Origin: Laetmonice hystrix
Taxonomy: Eukaryota
Assembly: GCA_965235115.1 (NCBI GenBank)
Contig: OZ249436.1
Coordinates: 16,618,001-16,682,000, forward strand
Reading direction: 5' to 3'
Length of the DNA: 64,000 nucleotides
The translations under genes and the position numbers were made by a program. The notes under the pieces were generated by a model. It was given only the letters and a program-made list of their open reading frames with translations, did no database searches and was not told the DNA's origin. Shown in pieces: positions 51,801-63,186 of the stretch. Each line of letters begins with the position of its first letter. Within the stretch, counting starts at the first letter, position 1.

Positions 51801-52375
51801 CATTACAGATTGGCCATCGAGTTTGTGGCGACCTTTGCTCGTTGCCTGGACAGTTCCAACCAGGAGATCGTTCACACAGCACTGAAAAACCTAGCAGAGT
51901 TCACGCTGCTGGCTCAAGGTAAGCTCACCCCTCCCCAAGATAAGCTTGTCCCCTCCCCAAGGTAAGCTCGCCCGCTCCCCAAGGTAAGCTCGCCCCCTCC
52001 CCAAGGTAAGCTCGTCCCCTCCCCAAGGTAAGCTCTTCCCCTCCTCAAGATAAGCTCGCCCCCTCCCCAAGATAAGCTCGCCCCCTCCCCAAGGTAAGCT
52101 CGCCCGCTCCCCAAGATAAGTGCATCAAGATAAGTGCATCCCCTCCCCAAAATACATGTAAGGGTAAAATAAGCGTGTCCCCTGCTCAAGATAAGGGCGT
52201 CCTTTCCCAAAGGTAAAAGTTGTTACAAGACTTTCACCCCCCATATCGTTGTTTTTTAGAGCATGGCAGTTCACTGCTGAAGAAGGCATTCACAGTTGGT
52301 GTGACGATGAAGGTGGACACAACCTCAGCCATCAGTGATGCCATACAACTCCTCAGTTTGGAGACTCTTAATTGA
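30845..52375 (+). CDS. INTS1: Integrator complex subunit 1, 45 coding exons, about 2117 aa
   Basis: Phase-consistent GT-AG exons: 30845-30872,32961-32993,33214-33441,33596-33786,33993-34130,34527-34680,34778-34901,35182-35368,35542-35687,36021-36162,36298-36480,36717-36825,36966-37086,37382-37459,37696-37853,38023-38119,38554-38645,38908-38968,39284-39359,39535-39659,40169-40298,40522-40692,40789-40938,41086-41262,41418-41522,41686-41847,42530-42641,43485-43643,43841-44086,44344-44525,45226-45375,45573-45780,46252-46378,46544-46804,46920-47007,47274-47530,47675-47807,48736-48869,49306-49498,50127-50254,50375-50595,50966-51036,51240-51331,51809-51918,52260-52375. Recognisable INTS1 motifs: GHAPAGDLIALG, RLEMWLQNPKL, IYNELSTSRNPNN, MLCRSRNPDFLLDII, LLLPDWLKLRMIRS, GLLVDWLELLDPE. 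Confidence 0.96.
31320..31668. mobile_element. PIF/Harbinger-like MITE in the first coding-region intron of INTS1
   Basis: TIR AGGCCTTGATxxACTGCTGC mirrored at 31649-31668; TSD TTA at 31317-31319 and 31669-31671. Confidence 0.75.
32473..32870. repeat. ~40-bp minisatellite
   Basis: Unit ATGATAGCAGCCTGGGTGGATTTTATGATCGCCCACCCCG. Confidence 0.9.
34109..34311 (+). repeat. 29-bp minisatellite spanning the INTS1 exon 5 donor, 7 copies
   Basis: Unit CTGGCCTGATGACTTTGTTATG|GTAAGTW. Confidence 0.95.
35715..35849 (-). mobile_element. tRNA-derived SINE (short copy)
   Basis: Minus strand begins GGGCGGCCTCAGTGGCCCAGTAGTCTAAG (A box) and has GGTTTGAATCC (B box), then a non-tRNA tail ending CCAAATCAAAATC. 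Confidence 0.55.
37068..37306 (+). repeat. 37-bp minisatellite spanning the INTS1 exon 13 donor
   Basis: Unit CTCTCGATTACATGCACTG|GTAAGATATCGTACAATY. Confidence 0.95.
41815..42371 (+). repeat. 75-bp minisatellite spanning the INTS1 exon 26 donor, about 7 copies
   Basis: Unit AAGGTACAGCAGCCCAAGGACGAGTGG|GTGGGTAACGTTTAGGGTAGTGGTGGAGATCAGATGAGTCGTTATGAT. Confidence 0.95.
42793..43450. repeat. 51-bp intronic minisatellite
   Basis: Unit CAGATACCAGTGTACTTGCACTGAACATTGATTGCTGAGTGTTAGGTAGGT. Confidence 0.95.
44588..45212. repeat. 52-bp intronic minisatellite abutting an acceptor
   Basis: Unit TTAACAAATGATCGTTGTCCATCCCGTGTCAGATTAGTACTACCACTGTGTG. Confidence 0.95.
45830..46222. repeat. ~36-bp degenerate intronic minisatellite
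   Basis: Core GCCTGTAATGATGTTTGGTGTT. Confidence 0.9.
47810..48635 (+). repeat. 48-bp G-rich minisatellite starting at the INTS1 exon 37 donor
   Basis: Unit AGCCATGAACTGCTGTCTGTTAGTGGGTGGGTGGGGGCCTGGGGGATG. Confidence 0.95.
49718..50007. mobile_element. Tc1/mariner-like MITE in an INTS1 intron
   Basis: 26-bp TIR CAGTCTGTTCACTCTAAGAAGAGCTC, flanked by TA on both sides. Confidence 0.8.
51335..51742. repeat. ~41-bp intronic minisatellite
   Basis: Unit GCTAACTGTGAAGTTKACWGTCTGTTCAATSATAGCTGAGG. Confidence 0.9.
51915..52215 (+). repeat. 21-22-bp minisatellite spanning the INTS1 exon 44 donor
   Basis: Unit CAAG|GTAAGCTCGCCCCCTCCC. Confidence 0.9.
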
Positions 52376-52955
52376 GTTACCAAGTGGTCAGCATGTCCCT
52401 CTCGTACTTGGACGGCTTTAGTTAATTCGAACCACCGACACGCCATACAGAGTGGATGGAGATCTTTCATTTGTCACATCTTATCAGTTGACTGCAGTAG
52501 ATCAGTCAACCATAACACCATAGAGATGGTTCGGATGAATTAAATGGTAAAACCCAACTTCTTTCATATTATTTGGCTAAAATATTAGGCAGAATAATAT
52601 TTGTGCCACAAGAACACTTGTAAATATATCTATAGTAAAATAAAGATGTCCTACATCATATAAGAGCTTATCTTGTGAATGGAGTGAACCAAAAGCTATG
52701 ACAAGCTATGTTATAAACAAAAGAGTTGTCTCTTTTTTACGAGCCAATAGACATCTAAAAGGACGACTGCAAACAGAAATCTACTTTCCCAATTTTTAAA
52801 AACATTTATTTTGGTATAAAGTTACCTATGTACACATAAAACCTCCATGTCCATGTCCTTGTCCACTAGTCAGTAAACGTTCTTTGCCAAAAGTTCCAGC
52901 AGACACTTTTCTAGATCCAGATCTACTCTAAGCACAGTCCTTGTACAGAGGTATG

Positions 52956-55900
52956 CTATTTGATGACAACTCCAGGATCGAGGGATGTGAACAGTGTGTG
53001 CATTTTCTTTGAGAGTTCTTTTCCTACACGACGGTTTGTTTCCATGACCCCATACCCCCGGCGAACCTGAAAAAGCAAATGTCATTTTTAGAGCTAGGTT
53101 TACATGACAAAAGCGATTTAATAGTTCTTAACACCTGACCCCTGTTCTATTAGTCTTTGTTTACATTAAACATCTTTAATGACTCTTAAGATTCACAGAG
53201 TGGAGGAATTATTTTGTGTCTTTTTCAAAATGATCAGTGACCTTGATATGACCAATCAGAATGGTGTTATTCTGAAGGCTGAGAATAAGATACCTACCAC
53301 AATGTCCTCGAGCAGTCGACTGGCCTGGGTTTCTGACGAACACATTTCATAAGCCTGTTAAAGAAACGGGTAATAAGACAATTTATTTAGACTAACTGGT
53401 GTGAAAATTTACTCTTTCTTTCTCTACCTTTCTGGGGGTTTTCCCTGCCTACTGCCCTGTACTTTGGACATGCGTATTTCTAACTAATTATAGCAGAGCG
53501 AAATGGTCACCTGATAGAGATGTCTTGGTGTTGGGTACACAGCCATGATTGCGTTGGCGACCTCTGCCCCGATGCCCTTGAACTGTTGGATAATAGCCCT
53601 CCAAGCTGCCACAACACCATGACCTTCCTTGTCAATCTTCACACTCGACGATGATTCAATGTGGAGATTGAAGGCCACATTCAACCGATCCCGTCTGAAA
53701 ATAAACAATTATTTAAATTAATACAATGAAATAAACGACATGGGGAAATAGGTGGGGAAATATGACCTAGTTTTATGGATTATATATTTACTTAAATGGT
53801 GCCTCTGCCACTGCCTTGGCATACTGCAGAATGGTAGATGCGCTCTCGTTGTCAGTCTCAGTAAATCGGATATTACAACCTGTATGAAGCTGGACGTCTA
53901 CCAGTGCCTGCGAGACCAAACAAAGTCCGAAGTAAGCTATCTGAGAGAGAGGTGAAGGTAACACTGTCACAATATTAAATAATCTCACAACTAATCTGTC
54001 GAGAGCCTGCATAAGAGTTAAAATCTCTACCTCTTCCACTTGTAACCTGCTGACGTGCTGGCAATCTTCCAAGGGTTCTGTGTGCCTTTTGGCTTTCTTG
54101 CTTTGTCCTCGAGAATGCTGGTCCCTTCAAGAAATAGGATGTCTTATCAAACTATCAGTTAGAATGGAATATTTAATAATACCATGAATGTACCTAATAT
54201 ACTTGTCAGCCTGTCTGTTTTCTAATCAGGCCTTGACAGCAGTTCTATCAGTCCCCCCCCCCCCCCTGCAGGTCTATCAGCTCAACAATATATTTCCAGA
54301 TTTTTCCCAGCCTCAATGGCACCAATGTCCAATTGGCAGACTTTTTCCAGTTTGCTGGACTGACCGGTGATATTTTTCCATGCCCTGGACCAGCAGGGTG
54401 ACGTGTCTGTCCTCAAGGCGCCCTCTAACCACATCAATGTAACTCCTCAACGTGGGACTGCCACTTGCTCCAACTCCACACTTTAACTGTAACATTCACA
54501 TCAGTATTCCTTCTGATTATTTGTTTGCTTTAAAAAACTTATTTTTAAACCCATTACGTCTTGTCAAGATAAAAGAATAAACCTTAGGACAACAGTTTTG
54601 ACTGAATTAATTATTTTAATACCTTTTCACACATCAAAATTTAATTTTTAAGGTCCATTAACAGTCTGGGGTACAGATGAACCCTTACTAGTTTCCTACA
54701 CAATATAGCAGCTTAGTTTGGTTCCTGGGATCAATATAATGTAACAGTACACCTAAATTTAAATTATCAGCACTTACTTTGTGTTGTTGGTAAACGAGTT
54801 GCACAAATTCTTGCAAAGGTAACAAGGCAATAAGTTGATCTTCTACAACTTCTCTAGTGATAGTCTCCAACTGGAACACAGCACAATATAAACTGTATGT
54901 GGACATTCGCACATCTTAGTATTCTTACATACCAGTGATGTGGACATTCCCAAATCTTACATACTGGTTTTGTGGACATTGACATTCCTACATTTTACAT
55001 ACCGGTTATGTGGACATTCACACATCTTACATACCAGTTATGTGGACATTCACACATCTTTCACACCAGTTATGTGGACATTCATATATCTTACATACCA
55101 GTAAGATAAAAGTCACTGCAAACCTTACACCACATGGAAATCTTGATGAAATCCTTGGGAATCTTCTAGTTATATTTCTATGAGAACCTCTGCTGTACAC
55201 CCTGACATCACATAGTGATGCTAGGGTTACTTACTTTTTTATCCTGGGATTCCTTGACCTCCGTGACTTCTCTCCAGAAGGTCACAAGGTATGGGTGAGG
55301 CTGTTGGTGAATGTCATAGCGATAGCCTCTTTCCTGGATCAGCCCAAGGAGCCGAGCCCCACATGGCAGCCGCACCAGTTCAGAGTCCATCATTATGGTC
55401 AGATGCTAGTAAATAAAACATTTGACATGTCTTAACTCAACCATGCCATGATCATTTACCTGGGGGTTATGAGTTTCTGGTTTAAGTGACTTTATCTTGA
55501 ACCACAGTTTAGACACTTACCAGACCGTAAAAGGATGTTCTATGGCATAAACTACTTCATTGTACTGATAGAACAGTTAATACAAGTTTGTAATGTCTAC
55601 CCATCATTGTACAGATAAAACAGTTGATACTAGTAATGTCTACCCATCATCGTATGGATAAAACAGTTGATAGCTAGTAATTCTGACCTACTAATCAGGG
55701 ATACAAAACCACTTATGGTACCTTTGTACATTCTCCTGGTCGTGCTGCCTTCCTTGCCTGCTGGAGTGCACGTCGTCTCGCAGCCTCGATCTCCTTTTCC
55801 TTTGCCTTCTCCTCTCGCTCCTGCTGCTTCTTAATCTTTTCCTCTTCCCTAGCTTTCTTTTTTTCCTAATAAACCAAATCATGATACCTTTCATAGGTAA

Positions 55901-56641
55901 ATAAGTCAACATATTGGCCACCACCTGGTTTCTTTATGGAAACAAGGTCTGGTATGTATATTGTCAGATTTATTTGATAAATACTTCTGGAGTATAGATC
56001 CATAATAAATGGACCAGTGTAAATATAATCAAACCATGTTGTCGTACATGTATAAGAGTGACAGTAAGACTGACCTCAGCCAGCAGTTTGGATGCTGCAA
56101 TCTCCTCTGGTGTTCTTCGTTTCCGTTTGACCCCTGGAGAAGCAGTGACATTCCTGATGGAGTCAGTGCCTTGGTTACTTGATGAGACATTCCAGTGCTG
56201 CTCCACACCATGTGTGCCATCTGTGGAGTTGTCATCTGCACAGTTCACATCTGCACTGTCCTGACCTGTCAAGTTTACCCCAGCAAGGACTGACTCTCTC
56301 TGTCCCCACCTATCAAGACTGCCGAATGAGGAGAGAGGAACGGATTCCTGGTCAGAGTCAGAGCCATCAGAGTAAAAGTCACTCCGGACTGATGCCTGCT
56401 GTCTTAGACGGCCCTTGGCTGCAGCTTCCCACGATGTGAATGGTTTCCTTGAGACCGACTCATCGCTATCACTGAGAACCACTGCTTCTGTAACCTTCTG
56501 TTCCGAGTCTTCCATACCATCATCATCATCTTTGATGACTGTAATGTCATCAGTTATTACTTGGCAACCCTTGTATGTTGGACGGTGTAGAAAGTCTGTC
56601 ACACTTGGCAGGTCATCATCACTGCTACCACCTGTCTCCAT
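52956..56641 (-). CDS. EME1: Crossover junction endonuclease EME1 (MUS81 partner), 10 coding exons, about 552 aa
   Basis: Exons 56641-56075,55865-55722,55405-55235,54870-54778,54486-54365,54124-54031,53907-53792,53694-53511,53354-53298,53066-52956 are phase-consistent. Motifs: RPGECTK, EEALVDVQL, YAKAVAEAPFK, GHGVVAAWRAIIQQF, VRRGYGVMETNRRVGKELSKKMH. Confidence 0.93.
54895..55105. repeat. ~32-bp minisatellite in an EME1 intron
   Basis: Unit TATGTGGACATTCACACATCTTACATACCAGT. Confidence 0.85.
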
Positions 56642-57220
56642 GGTCCTTCACAATTTTATTGTTACTATAGCTGGAACATAAAATTCTGTGGTCAGAATGT
56701 CATGGATCAGGGATCATTGGCAGTGCTGAGACCAAGGGTGAGGGGGGAATATAAGGCCTATTTTTGTGACCTATGACATCATTGACATAATTGGATAATA
56801 AAAATAACCATGGTGGATTGAAAGTCACTCCCTAATCAATTTGTAAAATATTTAGACACAGTGCAGAACTGCAAGAAAAAATTCTCAGTTAGGCCTATAC
56901 TAGACTAGATAGTCCTGATGACATGTTCACAATCACAGGGCCGTAACTAGAATTTTTTGAGTGGAGGGGGGGGGGGCAGTGTGTGTGTGTGGGGGGGGGC
57001 AGTGGGGGGGGGCAGTCACGGGCATATCCAGGAATTTGGGAAAGGGGGTGTCCCCCGTGTGATCGCCGAAGTAGTCAGAGTGCTGCCCCCCCTGGCCCTG
57101 CCCCATTTTATTCCTAGTTTGAAAAAAAAAATTCGGGAGATTCTGCCCCCGAACTACAACACTCCACTCCAGCTAGCAGGACTTCAACAAGCCTGTGGAC
57201 GTTTCGAGCGTCGGCACCTC

Positions 57221-57548
57221 ACCCCAGGCTCGCTATGCTCGCTCGAGGTAGTCCCCCGTCCCTGTCCACCTGTCTTCAACTTCAAGTTCAACAATCGAAA
57301 CCTCCCGCGAAACGAACCACAACTTGCGGTCGACTGTCCGATGAAAGATGTAGATCTAGAGCCAAATCTGGGAAAGAATTTTTCAGAATTTCTCAGGAAA
57401 GGCGCTATACTCGGAGAAAAGATATTCACTCGTGTGAGTAAATGAATTTCTTTATCATTACTTTTAATATTAAGTATGCCTAAAGTGGCTAAAGGCAAGG
57501 GATGGTCGTGTACGTTTTCTCGCGTAGTAATTTCGAACTACATTCAAT
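57221..57548. promoter_or_regulatory. Compact bidirectional promoter of EME1/MRPL27, including a probable non-coding EME1 first exon
   Basis: CpG-rich DNA between divergent genes; minus-strand donor GGG|GTGAGG near 57220 and acceptor TTCCAG| near 56671; TISU/YY1-like CAATATGGCAGC at the MRPL27 ATG. Confidence 0.55.
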
Positions 57549-60500
57549 ATGGCAGCGCCCATGATATGGGGTGCGCTCAGCCGAGTGAGCAGTATTTCTA
57601 GGAATAATATTACTCAAATTTCAGGTATAGTGAATTTAATTGCGAACGAATCAAGGTTAAGTGAACCTAGATCTAGAAGCCTGACTTTCTCTTCGTCGGC
57701 GGCTACGCCTACGCTACGGTACAGGGCGGTACAGTACGTAGTAACGTTACGGCTACACTACTCTACTCACTGTCTACTTGTCAGTGTCAGTCACTGTCAG
57801 TGTCAGTCACTGTCAGTGTCACTGTCAGTCACAGTGTGAGTACTGACTACCAAGCTACTGACTGTAGGCTAGTACACGCGGTAACCTACACCGGCCCACC
57901 TACACGCCTATTTTATAAACACGGGGGCCGACGTCAGGGGACGAGGTGTAACTGTAAATTGTAATGCCTAACGTCTGAGTAACGACTACGTTAGGATATT
58001 GCGGAGACAGGGCAAGCCCCTGTTCGGGGTTAGGGGACTGACTGTGAGTGTGACAGGGACTCGGAGTGACCGGGAGACAGCTCAGGAGGTGGGGGGGGGG
58101 GGTATATCGCCCATGATAACTTAAACCCCAGGGTTCTCGCCAGCCATTTTCTGCGTAGCGGGCCGCTACGCTGTCTATCAGGGAAATTACGCTGTCTATT
58201 AGGCCGTTACGTTTCTCTTGAACAGCGTAGCGGTAAAGCCTTGTCTAAATTCAACAGAACCCACAGGAATACTGGTAAAATCGAAATCGTACTCATCTGT
58301 ACATAGGGCGGCCATATTTGTTTGTATTTACCACTAATATAGCCTAAATTACCAGAACTGGGGGGGGGGGGCGTCGCCCCTCCCGTACCCCTAACCAAGG
58401 CTCTACGCTTGGTTTGACCACTACGCTGTCAAAAATTTCTGGCGAGCACCCTGAACCCCACGAAATTTGGTGGAAAGTAAAGATCCATGGCCCTGACCTT
58501 ATCCCTAACCCCAGTCCCTACACCTCCCAAAAACATATCCCTATCCTATCCCTATCCCTATCCTTGACCTTAACCCTAACCCCTGCCCAAACATTTCGTG
58601 GAAAGTTATCATGGGGGAAGAACCGAGGGGGGTGGGGTGGGGTTGGCCATCATGACTGGCTGGGTGACAGGGAGTGAGGGAGTGCCGGGTGTTGCGATCT
58701 GTTTTCTCTGCTGTCAGACGGCAGATTAAATAAATTAGTTCGACTTATTACCGACATGAAACAATATGTTTGGGTTAGGGGTAAGGTTAGGCCTAGAGTT
58801 AGTGTTAGTTTAGTCCCTAAATAAATTGTTGCTCATTAGGCACTAATTAGATAATCCGCTATTCTGCCGTCAGACATCATCCAATAAGAATCCAGTATTG
58901 CAGTCACATGACCCATCCATATGCCCGCAGAATAACCACTGCCTATTATTTAATTAAGAAGCTGAACGAGACTAAGTGTGCATACGCGTGTTGCAGTTTG
59001 GCCGCTAACACCTCTGGTTCTCTGCTAGCCCATTAGCTAGCAGAGAACCAGGCAAGATCATGACTGGGCAACAGGGTTCGAATGTCTGGTAGACAGGGCA
59101 AGGCCCTGCTCAGGGCCAATCATAACTGGGTAATCACGGGATGAGGGGATAGTCCTGCAGTGTACTGTATTGCAAGAAAAAAAGAGTCTTCTTTGATTTG
59201 TCTTGCCATTGTCGCACCACAGATCATGTCATTGTTGTTGGCAGACAGGCAGGAAAGGCATAATAGAAATCAACAGGCTCATCTTTTTTTTGGTATTTGT
59301 ATTGTCTTGTAGGACCACTGATGCTGAACAAAGATGTCAGATTTGCCTCAAAGAAAGCAGGATCAACAAGCCGCAACAAGCGAAAACAGACGCCTGGCAA
59401 AAGTCGTGGTCCAAAGAAAGTTGATGGCCAGTATGTGGAGAGAGGCATGATCATCTTCAAACAACTTGGACTCAAGGTGTACCCAGGGCAAAATGTAAAT
59501 ACAATTTTTATTAAATTTATAGAAATAGTACAGAGTTTGACCTCTATTTGCCTCCTACTCTAATCCAGGGTGTAATTTTAATTATGTTTTAAACTCCTAA
59601 GAATTATGGACTAAAAATACAGTCCAGGTTTTTCTGGTAGTGAACAAATACATATCCCCAATAGATCACAGCATTTTTTCCCCTGTACTTTCCAATATTA
59701 CTTTTTAAATCTGGTCTTATTTATGAAATTGATTTTATACTGCTGCAATTTTATCTGGCACGTAAGTGTTTTCAAAAGATGTTTTGAAAAGCAGCGAAAG
59801 CATATTGTGGCTGTGTATGGTTGGTCTAGACAGTGCCTCATACATGTTCATGACCCGCCGACCCACATACTCCATCAGGGTCAGTGGTAGCCCATGAGAG
59901 GTTCCGACAGTTCGAGTCGGCCCAACAAGCTGAGAACAGCTCCCTCCTGGTAGGCTCACTGGTCTTGGGGGGGGGGGGGCGGATCACTATTGTTCATGAG
60001 ACAATGTTCAGTCGGCCCCAATTTGGAGTTTTAGATTATCGTACGGTTACATGTGGTAAGCTTGGAGGGGGAGGGGGAACAGATCAGTCATTCCAGGAAC
60101 CTTTCTCCCTGACCATGAGATCCAAATCCTCCCTGCGGCTGTGTTTTGGGTGTAGCCTCATATACACATTGTTATGTGGTGCTACGTTGTGTAGGTAACT
60201 TTTCATTCCAATCTAACTGAGTCCTTGTTATAAATAATTTATAATGTTGATGGCTGTTGACTGTTGGCTGATGGTGTTACATACATTGGGTACAAGTAAC
60301 TTTTAATTCCAATCTAACCAAGTCCCTGTTATGATGTTGATGGCTGTTGACTATGGTGTTACATTGGGTACAAGTGACTTTTCATTCCAATCTAACCGAT
60401 TCCTTGTTATAATGTTGATGGCTGTTGACTATCATGTTACGGGCGATTCCATGAGGTGTCGTACGGGACAATTGTAGGATATTTTTACTTATGGAGCCTA

Positions 60501-63186
60501 GGTTTCCTAAGAAATATAGGATTAAATGTATTACAGAGATGTGGTCAGAGGTGAGTTACACAGGAACACCAACTCCTGGAATGGGAACTGTTTTATAGAT
60601 CGGTATTTTTAAAAAGTGTGTGGTGTCGTACGGGACAACAAAACGGACACCACCTTTGATACTAGATTACACATCTAAAAAAGTCTGTGAATTGGTATTA
60701 GTAACAAACTTTACATGAACATTAAAACATCATCCGATAGGTCCTCTAGCTAACTGATAGTCACTTTTCCTTTTCCCTATTTATTTAGTTTAGGCAGGCC
60801 CAAAAATGTGTGGTGTCGTACGGGACAATTAAAAAAGTGTCGTACGGGACGTATTTGTCCACACCCCTAAAACATAAATAATCTCTCTTCTTGGCAATAA
60901 CAATGTTGATACAAGATGAAATTTAGCTAGAAAGATATAAAAATGAAGTGAAGTGAAGTAATAAATCACTTATTTTATTTTATTTGATCAATTTATGAAG
61001 AATTTAGCACAGCAGCAAAAAAATATGCAAATTCATAAATCTATTTTACAAGATGGCAACGATATTTTTTATAAACACTACTTTTTGAGTACCTTTTGAG
61101 GGTTTCTCCGGAGATGTTTACTAAAACCCGTTGGAACTGAACAGTCTGCTTCTATGTCCTTATAACAAAACTATTCAACAAGAAATCCTAAAACATTTCT
61201 CACAATGTTCAGAGCAGTAAAAATATGACAATAGTATGGCTTTCTGAGATCTGAAGTCCTGTATAACACAAGCCCCAATTTTACCACAAAAGGCATACAA
61301 TTTATATGAACATCAACTTTTTTTTGTTATTTTCGGAGATTTTTATACCCAAATTTGTAGCAACTGAGAAGATAATCAATTTTTAAAGTGTCCAGTAATA
61401 ATCAGGGAAGAGGAACTGGCCTCTGTCCAGCAGCTTCAGATGGCTTTATTTTTCTTTCAATGTTTTCTAAATATCGTAATAGATGCTGTCGACAGGGCTT
61501 GGCCATTGAAAATGTTTGCCAGATGTACATGCATTACTGAAACCTCAACTTCATCATCCTTTACTTCCATGATTTCGCAAGGGAACTGATCCCCCCCCCC
61601 CCCTGGTAGTTCACAACACACCAGTTAGCAACTTTGTATCTTCAACTACAAGTGCTTTGGAATCTGGTGAAGCAGACATAGCAGCAGCCCAGAGTAACTG
61701 TGGGAGCTGTTTCCATAGCATCCAGCCACAACCTGGTTACTCTACTTTCTAAATCATGATTTGAATAACATGAATTTTCTCAATGCCTGTAATTGCATCT
61801 GGCTCAGTATCCCAAGGATTCAGACTCAGAACTTCAACTCTTTCATCAATCTCATTCTGTGACAGATGTAAGACCACATGGCTTAGTTTAGTAACCGTCT
61901 TGCTACATCAGCAAAGTCCTTTGCAGACTTTTATCAGCTGGAAACTGTTGTGGTGTCGTACGGGACAAAGGTGTTGTACGGGACAAAATGTCGTACGGGA
62001 CGGATAAATAATTGCTTTTTAATCATCTTGCAATAAGTAGAATTTATTGAAATATGGTTAATATTGTTGCTCTGGACTAACACTCAGAAAAATTTTATTA
62101 CCACTGTTGTACAGCATTATGGACAAATGGCAATGAAATAAATTTAAAATTTGGGTGTCGTACGGGACACTGAGGCTCGGCAAATTTCAAGCCAAATTTC
62201 GGAAATGTGAAAAAGGTCCAAGTTCAATATACAAGTGATGGCATTGAGACCTTACTATAAACTATCAATTCAGGTTGGAAGATAGTTGCTATATCAATAC
62301 CAATGAGAGACAGCCTATATAGCAAGTTATGCCAGATTAACCATTTGTTTTCCGAAATTAGGTACTAGCAGAGAAAGGGTTAAAAAATCATACATACAGG
62401 ACTACCTGATCACAGATCTTTTGACTTTCTGAGAACAATAATGTAAACTTATGAAAATTATCAACAAATCATGAATTGGGGCATTTTGAATTTTTACTGA
62501 TCATGTCCACATTTTCATGGAATCGCCCTTACATACATTGGGGTATACTTTTCATTCCAATCTAACCGAGTCCTATAATGTTGATGGCTGTTGACTATGG
62601 TGTTACATACATTGGGTACAAGTAACTTTTCATTCCAATCTAACCGAGTCCATGTTATAATGTTGATGGCTGTTGACTATGGTGTTACATACATTGGGTA
62701 CAAGTGACTTTTCATTCCAATCTAACCGAGTCCTTGTTATAATGTTGATGGCTGTTGACTATGGTGTTACATACATTGAGTACGAGTGACTTTTCATTCC
62801 AATCTAACCGAGTCCTTGTTATAATGTTGATGGCTGTCGACTATGGTGTTACATACATTGGGTACAAGTAACTGTTCATTCCAATCTAACTGAGTTCTGG
62901 TTATAATGTTGATGGCTGTCGACTAAGATGGGAACTATCCAATTGTCATGTATCTGCCATGTACCTCAGCATGTTATATTTCTGTTTGTAGGTTTGTTTC
63001 GGGAAGGACATGACACTAGTTGCTATGGAGCCTGGTCGTCTGATAATGTCAGCCGAGCGTTTGTGCCCCTACCCGAACAGCCCTCTCTACCCGGCCGTCA
63101 AGGCTGGACGTGTCTTCTACAAAAAGTTTTACAACATCATCCCAGAACCCCAAGAGCCTCGCTTCAAGCTCATTTCAAGGACATAG
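57549..63186 (+). CDS. MRPL27: Mitochondrial ribosomal protein bL27m, 3 exons, about 150 aa
   Basis: Exons 57549-57624, 59313-59494, 62992-63186. The bL27 motif VRFASKKAGSTSRN...PGKSRGPKKVDGQYVERGMIIFKQLGLKVYPGQNV follows a presequence-like N-terminus. AATAAA near 63379. Confidence 0.93.
58108..58617 (+). mobile_element. MITE with degenerate CCCTAA/CCCTAT core (copy 2)
   Basis: Termini CCATGATAACTT.../...AAGTTATCATGG; reverse-complement homologue of 7146-7343. Confidence 0.65.
58129..58453. mobile_element. hAT-like MITE with 5-bp TSD (hAT5-like), nested in another MITE
   Basis: TIR CAGGGT(T/G)CTCGCCAG and TSD AACCC. The empty site is preserved in the paralogous host copy near 7310-7340. Confidence 0.75.
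60195..62925. repeat. 82-bp minisatellite in MRPL27 intron 2, split by the transposon at 60441-62528
   Basis: CATTCCAATCTAAC recurs at 62631, 62713 and 62795; further units at 60195-60440. Confidence 0.9.
60441..62528 (-). mobile_element. Sola2-like internally deleted DNA transposon inserted in an 82-bp minisatellite
   Basis: Perfect 14-bp TIR GGGCGATTCCATGA, 4-bp TSD TTAC and about 8 copies of (GT)GTCGTACGGGACA. Decayed minus-strand coding remnant ...ITGIEKIH...WCVVNYQG-DQFPCEIMEV...GKHFQWPSPVDSIYY. The superfamily call rests on GRG termini plus 4-bp TSD. Confidence 0.7.

Noticed and set aside
56957..57498. 162-aa and 104-aa ORFs in the EME1/MRPL27 promoter
   Set aside because: They run through poly-G MITE remnants and probable UTR sequence, with no recognisable protein features.
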